A stretch of 59,475 nt of DNA, from contig NC_068984.1 in assembly GCF_001194135.2 (NCBI RefSeq), forward strand, positions 58,790,982 through 58,850,456, read 5' to 3'. The notes beneath the pieces were generated by a model. That model searched no databases and was not told the DNA's origin. It worked only from the letters and a program-made list of their open reading frames with translations. Position numbers and translations under genes: made by a program. How positions within the stretch are numbered: position 1 is the stretch's first letter; every line of letters starts with the position of its first letter. Of this stretch, positions 22,559 to 34,057 are shown one piece after another. This stretch comes from Octopus bimaculoides. Taxonomy: Eukaryota.

Positions 22559-23053
22559 TGCTTCTTTGTTGTTGTTCTTTGAGTTACTGTTGTGGCAGAT
22601 TATATTTTACAAATGTAACAGCCTTTGGTGGATGTTCATTTGTAAAAAAAAAAAGATAGTAGATAGGCCAAAAAGAGAGCCTTTATGCCAATAAAAGAGC
22701 TACGGTGTGGTCATTTGCTGGACTTTTAAATTTGCCTTTTAATTGTTATGTCATTGCTTTAACAAAAGTGGTGAAATATAAACTTTGCTGATGAATTCAT
22801 AATAAGACTGAAACATGTCTAGTGTTGTGTCTTAAACTTGCTGAAAAATTTTTTTTACCCTTCTATAAGGAGAAAAAGTAGTGCTTATTATGCAATAAAG
22901 GACACCTAACTGAGTGGTCAGAGGGAGTAAGGCATCCTCAAACTGAAGACCTGGTCTGAATGCTTAAAACAAAGTGAACATCAGGAAAAGCCCCCAGGGT
23001 GCCAAGTTGTGGTTTTAAACTAGGAAGGTTTGATTCTACCTTGTATACCCTGG

Positions 23054-23300
23054 GCGGAGGCATGTGGCATAGTGGTTAGGGTACTGGACTCATGATCATA
23101 AGATTGTGGTTTCAATTCCTGGACCAAGTAACACATGTTCTTGAGCTAAACACTTCATTTCATGTTGCTCCAGTTCACTCAACTGGCAAAAGTGAGTAAT
23201 CCTGTGATGGACTGGCATCCTATCCAGGTGCAGAATATGTACGTCATGAAACAAGGAAACTGGGAAACTGACCCTTGTGAGCTGGCATGACTCACGAAGG
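23054..23300 (+). mobile_element. SINE family D, near full length
   Basis: tRNA-like head gtggcatagtggttagggtactggactcatgatcataagattgtggtttcaattcctggacc (A and B boxes). Confidence 0.85.
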
Positions 23301-23302
23301 TA

Positions 23303-23700
23303 ACTCTTTTACTCGATAACTCTTTTATTGCGGCCATGCTGGAGCACTGCAAATCGAGCAAATCGACCCCAAGATTTATTCTTTGTAAGCCTAGTACTTA
23401 TTCTGTCTGTCTCTTTTGCCGAACCACTATGTTATGGGGATGTAAACACACCACTATCGGTTGTCAAATGATGTTGGGAGGACAAACACAGACACACAAA
23501 CATATACACGCACATACATATATACATATACATATATATATACGATGGGCTTCTTTCAGTTTCCGTCTACCAAATCCACTTTCAAGGCTTTGGTCAGCCC
23601 GAGGCTATAGTAGAAGACACTTGCCCAAGATGCCACACAGTGGGAATGAATCCAGAATCATGTGGTTGATAAGCAAGCTACTTACCACACAGCCACTCCT
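23303..23700 (-). mobile_element. SINE family A, young full-length copy
   Basis: Complete from head (aggagtggctgtgtggtaagtagc on minus) to the gagtaaaagagt tail; CpGs retained. Confidence 0.9.
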
Positions 23701-24067
23701 CTTTACTTTTACCTTTTTTTTTTTTTTTTGTATACCCTGACAGAATTTGAACTCAGACAGTAAAGAATCAGAGCAAATACAATTATCTAGACTGACATTC
23801 TTATTACTCTGCCAAATGGATGGATCCAGTCAGTTATAAACATCCCATAAGATGTCTGAAGACACTGAAACTAAACAGCAATTATATCATTGATTAAATA
23901 AATTGTTTAGAAGAAAATAATAAATGAAGAATTAGAATATTGGCTTAAAAGTATTTAAATATTATAACTACCTATAATTAATAAGCCATAGATTTTCAGT
24001 AGCTGTATTCCTAGTTCTGCTTCTTATCTGTTGGTAATTATTCTATGAAACTAGATGTATGTATATA

Positions 24068-24113
<46 letters not shown>

Positions 24114-24149
24114 TATGTGTTTGTATGTATGTATGTATCTCTGCCTGGT

Positions 24150-24420
24150 TGAGTCGGTACTTTGGTTCAACCAAGCAGGGATGGACCCCACATGGTGGAA
24201 AGGATTCGCAGAATTGAAGGAGGCATGGTGAGATTGATTCCAATTTTGGGAGGGCCATAGGAATTGCCATGGATGATAAATGCCAAAGACAGAAAGGGTC
24301 ATCATCAAAATCTTTATCTGACCAAAGCCTACATATTTGCCTCAGATGCACCAGAGCCTGTTTTTCGAGGACTGGTGTCCATAGTCACTTAAAAGCTTGC
24401 TACTCATTTTCAGGATCTTT
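24150..24420 (+). mobile_element. RTE LINE 3' end
   Basis: HICLRCTRACFSRTGVHSHLKAC matches the terminal Cys/His motif of RTE ORF2. Confidence 0.75.
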
Positions 24421-24489
24421 GTACACAAAGAACTGACATCATTTATGCATGCATATATATGCAGATGGATGATGTTTGGCAAAGATTGA

Positions 24490-25775
24490 CCTTGAATTTT
24501 AAATTTACCAATACATACAATATGGTGGTGTTTACATCAGTAATAGCCATTCCCCAGTGCTGTAATTTATTTATGAATGCATTTTCAATAAGACACGATT
24601 AATAAAAACCTATTTTAAGCTTACAAACAAATAATTATTATTTTGTAATAAAGCATAAATAAATAAAGTATTTTAAATTTACCAATGTTTAAAATTTGGT
24701 GGTGTTTATATTGTAGACAGCCAAGGATCATTGATATCAACATCATCAGCTGATTCTAGCAGTTCTCGTTGTCATTCAATGCATTTAAAAAACTGTTCAA
24801 GAGTGCCTTAAACTGTCTTCTTATTCTTTTCATCAAAGAAAAGCAGCCAAAGCTTCGCGACAAGCCCCCATAATCTTGGAAAAGTGTTGAGCATTTGGAT
24901 CCATATCTTCGAACATAACAAGACCTTTTATGATGTGTGGAAATGTTTCCTGCATTTTCTTAACAGTGAAGTGGCGCAGCTCAGGTTCAACTTGTTCTTC
25001 TTCTTCATTTTGTTGCTCGTTTTCTTCGATTATCTTCTTCAATGTCGCAGGAAATTCTGCTGCTGTGTGTTCATCAGCTGATGCTCTTTCACCTTGCTTT
25101 TCAAGGAAGTGATAACTTCTCCAGTTTTTAAATCTTATAAACCATCCTTGACTTGCTTTGAACTCTACATCTTTCTTATCTGGATATTTTTTCTTCAGGT
25201 CCTTAAAGACAACGCTTTCTCTTGAATGATTTCTTGACAAAGAGTAGCATTCTGATGATTCTGCCTATAAACAGATAGAAGACTTTCAATTTCTTCAAAG
25301 ATTTTGCTTCTTTTCTTGTTGATGACAATGTTCTTCATCCCTGGGGCTTCAGATGTGATATGTGTTAAAATCTTGTTGTTATTATGCACAATAGTCGATA
25401 CAGTTGTCCAACTTATCCCCCACCAAAATCATGCAATCACTACAACTTTTTCACCTTTATCATGACGTTTTATCATCACCAACTTATCCTCCAGCGTTAT
25501 AGTATGACACTTAGCACTTTCACCAGGACTTTTCTTAGGAGGCATGGGGGCAAAAATTAAAGTTACAAATGAATTTAAAGGCGAGAATCTAAGCAATAAA
25601 CTGATGTAAACAAATCTGAATTTAAAACAATTGCGGGAATCATGACGATGCTTAATGATAGATATCAGAACTACCAGTGAAATATGAGCTCTGAAAGACA
25701 TAAATAAAACACAGCTGATTTCATGCTTTAGTGAACCAGGCTACACTATGGTGTGTATTCTAGCATTTACTGTAT
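24490..25775 (-). mobile_element. pogo/Tigger-family DNA transposon, internally deleted transposase pseudogene (ATG at 25545)
   Basis: MPPKK...HTITLEDKLVMIKRHDKGEKVVVIA (psq-type HTH), EFKASQGWFIRFKNWRSYH...GERASADEHTAAEFPATLKKIIEE (CENP-B HTH and linker) and a Tigger1-like C-terminus; no DDE core; TIR pair not confirmed. Confidence 0.85.
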
Positions 25776-25956
25776 TATAATATGATTTGATATGCTTTTA
25801 TCTTTCAGATTCAATAAGATGTTTAATCTATTCACTTTTCTTGCTGATTGATCTTTCATTTTTTTTGTTTTTTTGTTTTATTGAGGGTTAAACAATTTTT
25901 TCAGTTGGGGGAGATAACCCAATTTTTTAATGGGGGTGAGATAACCAAAAAGTACC

Positions 25957-25959
<3 letters not shown>

Positions 25960-25989
<30 letters not shown>

Positions 25990-26210
25990 TTGTCCCACTG
26001 CCACCACCACCACCACCATCACCATCACTTGACAACTGATACTGGTATGTTTATGTCCCCATAACATACCAGTTTGACAAAAGAGACTGATTGAATAAGT
26101 ACTAGGTTTACAAAGAATAAGTCCCGAGGTCAATTTCTTCGATTCTAATCCTTTAAGGTGGTGCTCCAGCATGGCTGCAGTCAAATTGCTGAAACAAGTA
26201 AAAGAATAAA
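25960..26210 (+). mobile_element. SINE family A, 3' half
   Basis: gtttgtccc...acttgacaactgatactggtatgtttatgtcccc...tgaaacaagtaaaagaataaaag. Confidence 0.8.
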
Positions 26211-26224
26211 AGTATGTGTAGGCA

Positions 26225-26515
26225 ATGATGAATGACCAAAACCTTTGGCATTATGCCATGCTTGAGAAGAAGACCCACCAAGCCAAGTAAAATCGCACTT
26301 GTGGCAGATACTGGTGTTTTGCAAATGGCACCCATTAGAAACACCCACTACACTCCCAGAGTGGTTGGCATTAGGAAGGGCATCTAGCTGTAGAAACCAT
26401 GCCAATTTAGACTGGAGTCAGGTGCAGCCTTCCAGCTTGCCAGCCCTGGTCAAACTGTCTAGTTCGTTCCAGCATGGGCAACAGATGTTAAATGATGATG
26501 ATGATGATGATGATA
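26225..26515 (+). mobile_element. SINE family B
   Basis: gaccaaaacctttggcattatgccatgcttgagaagaagaccc...gttaaatgatgatgat. Confidence 0.85.
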
Positions 26516-27032
26516 TGTATGTATGTATGTATGTATGTATAGTTAGAGGGAGACAATACATTAATCAACTTAAAGTATGTTATATTATGACAGTTTAAAA
26601 ATAACATTAATCTTGACCATTCACTGGAAAGTGAGTAGAATAGAAAAGATTGTTGAAACTGAAACATTTAGTGTTCCTTTTCGTGTTTTTAACCATCTCA
26701 TGCTGCTTAGCATATTGGTCCATCATAATCCACCATGTTCTCTAGTTTGTTTGAACAGTTTTAGCAGAATGCTAGATGAGGAAAGGTACTTCGCTCTACC
26801 TGTGTTTATTTCTTGGAGGAAAGGAACGCTGAGTTCTTACAGTAGAGCATTGCCCTCTATGAGAAAACGAAAGAAAAAAGAAATATCAACTCTAGTACTT
26901 GGCTTGTACTTTATTTATTGACACACACCCACTTCTTTAAAATGAAGAGCAAAACTGACCATGTTAGTATTTGAACTAAGAACACAAAGGGCCAAAGTGA
27001 TTACTACAAGATATTTGTCTATTTCTCTAATG

Positions 27033-27221
27033 CAGTGGTTCTCAACTGTGGTCCACATGTCCCTTTGGGGTCCATATAAAATTTTTTTGTGAATAAAATT
27101 GGTTATATTTAATTACAGAAATATAATGGGATTTTTAAAAATATCGAATAGCTATGGGGATCCATCCAAGGAAAATAGGAATTAAAGGGGTCCATAGGTA
27201 AAGAATGGTCGAGAAACACTG
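27033..27221. mobile_element. hAT-type MITE, 189 bp, with an intact 8-bp TSD
   Basis: TSD ctctaatg at 27025-27032 and 27222-27229; TIRs cagtggttctcaac / gtcgagaaacactg. Confidence 0.9.
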
Positions 27222-28288
27222 CTCTAATGATTCTGCTAGTTAACTAACTTATTCTAGGGTCCTCACTAACTAATATTATATTTCATTTATTGACAGCTCA
27301 GGTGATAGATATCCCTAATACCAAGTAATAGCTACAATTTTTAATTGTGTAAAGGAATATTAGCAGGTTTATATATTGAACGAATATATTTTTAATTTCC
27401 TTGAAAACATTTAAATTATTTTTGTTTATATTTTTTAAGTCTTTTGAAAATAATTGATTTTCCTCACAGATAAATTCAAAGTAGTTTAACAATTATCTGC
27501 TTTATTTTATACAAGAAAATCACTGACAAGTATTTACTTTTTATCTTTGACAAATGTGCCATTAAATTTTCTTACAATGCTGTGATATCATTCATTTAGA
27601 AATTCAGTGTTGTAAAAGAAATTGGCAATTCTCTTTCAATTGGATCCCATTGCTAAAATCAAAATATCATCTGTGAAATGAGTCCATGATTCCTGACAGC
27701 AAATCACTGATGTGACAAATGTGATTTCAATCAAGAAATAGTCTTCTTTGTCTTGTTACTATAGAAACATTAATCATACATACACTGCAATACAAATATT
27801 GTTGTCTCCTTGGTAGTTAGATTTCTGATAATTACATAAACTCCCAATGAGATGATACATTTTTTGTTGTTGTTGTTGTTTTATAAATTCAATCATACAA
27901 TATCTTTCTTAAGGACCACGTTGAGGAGTCGTTTCAGACCCATTTAATTAAGCAGAATGTTTGCCAAGTACTACCTTAACACCATCTTGTAGAGAAAAAT
28001 GTTGAATCAATTCCATCCATAGTTTTATTCTCTTATGATTTAGTCCTTATTTCTTTTAATGCTAGGCTGATGTGAGTTATAAAGTTCTCTCCAGTAAAAT
28101 GACACATATATGGATATACTTTTAGTGTAACAAGAAAACAAACTAGCCAAATGCATAAAGCATTGGATTATGAGCTCATTGACTGTGAGTTCAAGCCCAT
28201 TGCAAGTGTTTTGCAAGTAAACTTAATTCATTGTACATCAATTCACCATGGAATGGTACTTGTGAAAGACCTGTCTCATTATCAGATT

Positions 28289-28308
28289 CGCGCGCGCGCG
28301 CGTGTGTG
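28289..28308. repeat. (CG)7(TG)3 alternating purine-pyrimidine tract
   Basis: Direct reading. Confidence 0.95.
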
Positions 28309-29129
28309 GAGTGAATACAAAATGTTCTTGGAATGGTAAACAGTTGATTCTCATTGATTTTCTACATAGTTTCACTTAATTTTTAACTGAATAGACTGAA
28401 TCAAATAAATGTAAAAATCTAAATTTAGGATCAACCTCAAGACTGTCTTTAGGACTTTTTCTCATAGCATTAAGCAGAATACCACTCTAACTGAAGTAAT
28501 ATGTTCAAGTAACTTGGTATCAATTTTTGAATGCCCAATAAACTAAAGGAAGGGAAAATTTTAATGTACTGTTCAAACGTACAACTAAATACTTGCAATT
28601 GATTTGAACTCAAGATCTTTGAATAGGTAGTAATTTCACTTCTGCAGATTCAGTCAAGTAACACACAAAGATCTGAGCAGCAAGCTGTACATTCACAGGA
28701 AGATCTCTTACCTTCTTATACACAGAGTGATATGCATCTATGAATCAATTTGTGAAATGAAACTCCAGTTGTAAATTCATATCAAACATATTTACAGAGA
28801 GAGAACTAATACAGGTGTTTAAATATAGAGTCTGTTTACTCTTGAGTACAAAACATGATACCAGGGATAAAACAAACAAGTGTAATTGAATTAGAAAAAG
28901 CACAGAACAGCTGTTATAATAATGATTGCTTATGCAGAATTGTAGAAGAGATGTAGAGTCAATTTAACCAACCTCAGTATATAACTGGTACTCATTTAAC
29001 TGATCCATGTTATTGAAGGAGTGAAAAACAAAGTCAGCCATTATAGATTGGAATGTAAAGCAATAGAAGTAAATACCACAAGGCATTTTGTTCAAAATTG
29101 TATCATTTCCCTTCTCCCCACTGACCTTA

Positions 29130-29650
29130 CTTGAAGCTATCAACCTGAGAGCAGTCTCACTGATGAGTTATGAGCAGAAATCATTAAGAGGAGAAAGGTT
29201 AAATGGAAGGATATTGACAGGAAAACAAGGAAGCAGCTGACTATGCACAGATACATGCAGCCCCATAGAATATTTATACTGGAAAGGAAAAGATGAATTA
29301 AGAAGGGTGTTATTGAATTATTGAAGAGGTTGTAAAATTAGAGAAAACAAGTCTTGTATTCTATCTGGAATAAAAAGAAGAAATTCTGAAGGAAGTGACA
29401 AGAGAAAGATTACTTACTGAGTTGGTGGCGCCCAAATACAAGACATGAAAATGTAGAGAAAAGAAAGTCAAACTTTGAGGATGGAAGCTCCATTTAGTGT
29501 TTTTCAAAGAGACAAAGGAAATAATGGGATGACAAGGACAGCTGGCTTTGGTTAAAGAATGGAGTAATGAAGAAAAATACTAAGTAGTTGATTCTAGCAG
29601 CTCAGGGACATGCTTCAAAGATAAACTGGATCCAGAGAATTATAGATAAG
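29130..29650 (+). mobile_element. R4/Dong-like non-LTR retrotransposon fragment, decayed
   Basis: AINLRAVSL, IDRKTRKQLTMHRYMQP and SWLWLKNGVMKKNT..LILAAQ..SKINWIQRIIDK resemble the R4-clade motifs AINTWAVP, LDRKTRKLMTMH and SWTWL..G.LK.ETE.LLIAAQ..AIRTN. Confidence 0.7.
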
Positions 29651-29669
29651 CAGCATTTTCCACCTAAAT

Positions 29670-29900
29670 ATGCAAGTCCTCACCAATGCTGGTGCCAATT
29701 AAAATCTACCCAAGTCACTCTGTAAAGTAGTTGGCATTAGGAAGGGTCTCCAACTGTCAAATCCATGCCAAAACAGACAGTGAAGCCTGGTGCAGTCTTC
29801 TGGTTTGCCAACTCTTGTCAAACCATCCAACTCATGCCAGCATGGAAAAATGATGATGAGGAGGAGGAGGTGGATGAGGATGCAGATGATGACGATGACT
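29670..29900 (+). mobile_element. SINE family B, 3' part
   Basis: ttggcattaggaagggtctccaactgt...atgccagcatggaaaaatgatgatgag. Confidence 0.8.
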
Positions 29901-30304
29901 AACGTGTCTTCTACACTACAATCATTTTAGTTTGAACCGATGGTCACAAATCAATACTCTTGCCATGCAAGTACATCTGTGTCACATATATAAATATATA
30001 TGAAATTATTTCACTATAGCTCTACATGTGTATTTGTCATGAAATATGTCCAACAATTGAGCATACATAGGAAGATTTAAGTGGTGTTAAAAAAACAGAT
30101 ATAGCAGATTGTAATGTAATAATAACTTATAATATAAAGATTGGCACAAGACCAACTTCCTTTTTTTTTTCAGAAATTGGGAAGAATCGATTACATATCA
30201 ATTACTTTAATCAAGTACCTCATTGGTACTTATTTTATCAACTACAGAAAGATATGGATTGCTGTATGAATTTAATCCTTTCTATTAAAGCCACAATGCC
30301 AGAA

Positions 30305-30460
30305 ATTTTGTGTGAGGGGACTAGTCATTTACATCAACCCCAGTGTATTTCACTAGTACTTAAATTATCGACCCCAAAAGGATGAAAGGCAAAGTTGACC
30401 TTGGCAGAATTTGAACTCAGAACATAAAGACAGATGAAATGCCACAAAGTCTGACTCATC
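30305..30460 (-). mobile_element. SINE family C
   Basis: atcgaccccaaaaggatgaaaggcaaagttgaccttggcagaatttgaactcagaac. Confidence 0.8.
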
Positions 30461-31229
30461 ATAAAATAAATACCACCATGACCGATATCCAAACTACAGT
30501 GAAGAAGGCTAACCACTGAATTTGGTTAAAGAGACAATGAGTGATGGCTCAAAGAATATTGAGATATATTTAATAACCAGTTGATCTTGCAAGCAAGGCC
30601 CCATATCAGTGAGGGGCACCAGTGTGCATTGATGTCGTCGAGAGGTAGGCCCTAAAACTGCACGCATTGTCTCCTGATGACCCCATATACTTACTGGCTT
30701 CCGGTATGCAGAGTTCTCAACTGGTAACACTTGCATGTGCAAGTTGTTTGCAAAACATCAGCTTAATTACATTTGCAATAAGAGTATTTGTACAGTGCAG
30801 TACTAACATTATGTTAAGGGATGGAACATGCGGAAATAAATGCTTTGGCATAGTTAAAACATGTAAATGGCTCTACTAGAATATTCAAGTTCAATTATTA
30901 CATATTTCAATCCTCAAATCAAATAAACTTATCAGCACTCTAAATGCTAGTCTGTTACAACATGACTAATATCTCAAATCTATCTCATCTCATTCTTCTC
31001 TCTTTCTCTACTTACCTATCTGTGTTTTTCTGTTTGTCTATGTATTTCCCTGCTCTACCATCCATCTCTCTATGCTATAACATAACCAAGATCTGCCTTC
31101 ATTCTACCTCAAATTGTAGCCTATAGGCTATATGCTCTTGTGGTATGCCTTTTATATTACCATTTAACAATATATAAATCCAATAGCATTGTTAATCTGC
31201 CATCATTGTAGACACACACACACACACTT

Positions 31230-31470
31230 AGTCCACATTTTCCATAAGAAGCATAGATTGTGACTATTTCATGTCAGTAGATGCTATCTTGGGTTACCTC
31301 TTTCTTTTCAGATCAAGAGAGACCAATTGCTTTCATTTCATCTTCCACACATCCTTTCCAGGTCGTCTTAGGTCATCCAACTTCCCTCTCTCCTTCAGGT
31401 TGCCAGTTTAACACTTTGTCTTGTAATGCTGCTTGGCAGTCTCCTTAGAGTGTAACCAATCTAGCCTCAT
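31230..31470 (-). mobile_element. RTE LINE 3' fragment
   Basis: Minus translation NWQPEGEREVG*PKTTWKGCVEDEMKAIGLS resembles W.P.GKR.RGRPKTTWRR.VE.EM. Confidence 0.7.
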
Positions 31471-31554
31471 TTCAGAATTTCTTGATTGATGGAAGGAAGT
31501 TTGGTTCATTCTACTCCACAGGCTTCTGTTTGAAATTTTGTCTGACCACCAGAT

Positions 31555-31800
31555 CAGATTGTGGTTTCAATTCCTAGACTGGTGGTGCATTGTGTTCAAA
31601 ACCCTTCATTCCTCATTGCTCCAGTTCACTCAGCTGTATATGCGTAACCCTGTGATGGTCTGACATTCCATTCAGTAGGGAATATTGGCTTGTGTACCTA
31701 GTTAGTAGATTGGTATCATCTGAAAGCTACAACAGTGTGAGGAAATGCATTGTGATCAGTGGTGTATAACATCCAATAGTCTGGTTGATACAGTGATGCA
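31555..31800 (+). mobile_element. SINE family D
   Basis: agattgtggtttcaattcctagact...ctcattgctccagttcactcagctg. Confidence 0.7.
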
Positions 31801-31968
31801 ATAATTGTTCTTTTCGATGGGTTGTCTTCACAACATTTTATTTATTTTAAAGAGATTGTTCACTCTCTCATGAAATCCTTCAGGTGATCCTTGTTGCTTA
31901 AACGATCGCACATAAGGAGAAACTCTGAATGGCAAAACAAAGGAAGTTATCAGCTTTGAGCAAATATA

Positions 31969-32283
31969 TCATCATCATCGTTTAACGTCCGCTTTCCATG
32001 CTAGCATGGGTTGTACGATTTGACTGAGGACTGGTGAAACCGGATGGCAACACCAGGCTCCAATCTAATTTGGCAGAGTTTCTACAGCTGGATGCCCTTC
32101 CTAACTCCAACCACTCAGAAAGTGTAGTGGGTGCTTTTACGTGTCACCCGCACGAAAACGGCCACGCTCGAAATGGTGTCTTTTATGTGCCACCCGCACA
32201 AGCCAGTCCAGGGGCACTGGCAACGATCTCACTCGAAAATCCTACGGGAGCCAGTCAGGCGGTACTGGCAACGGCCACGCTCA
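31969..32283 (-). mobile_element. SINE family B, young subfamily; runs into the gap 32284-33278
   Basis: Nearly identical to 36049-36287 and 59298-59475. Confidence 0.9.
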
Positions 32284-33278
32284 NNNNNNNNNNNNNNNNN
32301 NNNNNNNNNNNNNNNNNNNNNNNNNNNNNNNNNNNNNNNNNNNNNNNNNNNNNNNNNNNNNNNNNNNNNNNNNNNNNNNNNNNNNNNNNNNNNNNNNNNN
32401 NNNNNNNNNNNNNNNNNNNNNNNNNNNNNNNNNNNNNNNNNNNNNNNNNNNNNNNNNNNNNNNNNNNNNNNNNNNNNNNNNNNNNNNNNNNNNNNNNNNN
32501 NNNNNNNNNNNNNNNNNNNNNNNNNNNNNNNNNNNNNNNNNNNNNNNNNNNNNNNNNNNNNNNNNNNNNNNNNNNNNNNNNNNNNNNNNNNNNNNNNNNN
32601 NNNNNNNNNNNNNNNNNNNNNNNNNNNNNNNNNNNNNNNNNNNNNNNNNNNNNNNNNNNNNNNNNNNNNNNNNNNNNNNNNNNNNNNNNNNNNNNNNNNN
32701 NNNNNNNNNNNNNNNNNNNNNNNNNNNNNNNNNNNNNNNNNNNNNNNNNNNNNNNNNNNNNNNNNNNNNNNNNNNNNNNNNNNNNNNNNNNNNNNNNNNN
32801 NNNNNNNNNNNNNNNNNNNNNNNNNNNNNNNNNNNNNNNNNNNNNNNNNNNNNNNNNNNNNNNNNNNNNNNNNNNNNNNNNNNNNNNNNNNNNNNNNNNN
32901 NNNNNNNNNNNNNNNNNNNNNNNNNNNNNNNNNNNNNNNNNNNNNNNNNNNNNNNNNNNNNNNNNNNNNNNNNNNNNNNNNNNNNNNNNNNNNNNNNNNN
33001 NNNNNNNNNNNNNNNNNNNNNNNNNNNNNNNNNNNNNNNNNNNNNNNNNNNNNNNNNNNNNNNNNNNNNNNNNNNNNNNNNNNNNNNNNNNNNNNNNNNN
33101 NNNNNNNNNNNNNNNNNNNNNNNNNNNNNNNNNNNNNNNNNNNNNNNNNNNNNNNNNNNNNNNNNNNNNNNNNNNNNNNNNNNNNNNNNNNNNNNNNNNN
33201 NNNNNNNNNNNNNNNNNNNNNNNNNNNNNNNNNNNNNNNNNNNNNNNNNNNNNNNNNNNNNNNNNNNNNNNNNNNNNN
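32284..33278. other. Assembly gap (995 N)
   Basis: N run. Confidence 1.
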
Positions 33279-33477
33279 TTACAGTCTTTATATGTGTGTG
33301 TATATGTAGTTAGAAATTTGTGCTTTTTATATGCATTAAAGCAGTGAACATTAACTGAAAAATAAACCCAATATAAGTGTAGAGACTGATATTTTTGATA
33401 ATTTCGTTGACACTGACTTCAAAGTTTTCCTGGTCATTGACCTTGTCAGAAATTTTGAAGTTGCTGTCAGTAGAATT

Positions 33478-33603
33478 TTGTGTGTGTGTGTGTGTGCGTG
33501 TGTGTGTGTGCGTGTGTGTGTGTGCGTGTGTGTTTGTGTGTGTGTGTTTGTGTGTATGTCTGCATGAGTGTGAATTTGTGCATTTATGAGTGTGTTATGT
33601 GTG

Positions 33604-33642
<39 letters not shown>
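33478..33642. repeat. (TG)n compound microsatellite
   Basis: Direct reading. Confidence 0.95.
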
Positions 33643-33643
<1 letters not shown>

Positions 33644-33871
33644 CCTCTGTCTTACAACTAGCATCTGGAACTTATAAAAAGTGCTAGCTTCCAATACACA
33701 TGTAAGTCAACATAACTCTTGGATTATGCATGTCACATTCGCTCTATAACTTTTACAAGTCATTCTATTAAAGTTTCACTGCTCTACTTATCACACATTT
33801 CACCACATGTTTCATTCAGTTTATTTGTTTTATTTTTCATCCCATTTCTTTTTATATATTATATATCTATA

Positions 33872-33924
<53 letters not shown>

Positions 33925-34020
33925 AAAAATAAGCAACACGGATTTCAAAGGTGATTGCAGTACGCACGTTTCATGCTACTTCAATTTATTTAAGTAATGC
34001 GAGCATTACCTTAAATGTAC

Positions 34021-34057
<37 letters not shown>

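Noticed and set aside
23062-23125. tRNA-like sequence
   Set aside because: It is the tRNA-derived head of SINE family D, not a tRNA gene; the same applies to family A and C heads
28648-28745. Plus-strand terminal-exon-like reading IQSSNTQRSEQQAVHSQEDLLPSYTQSDMHL* and an overlapping minus 26-nt micro-exon
   Set aside because: No linked exons, no homology recognised, mutually competing readings
32034-33347. Long ORFs of 390-437 aa
   Set aside because: Artefacts of the 995-N gap; the real residues are SINE-derived
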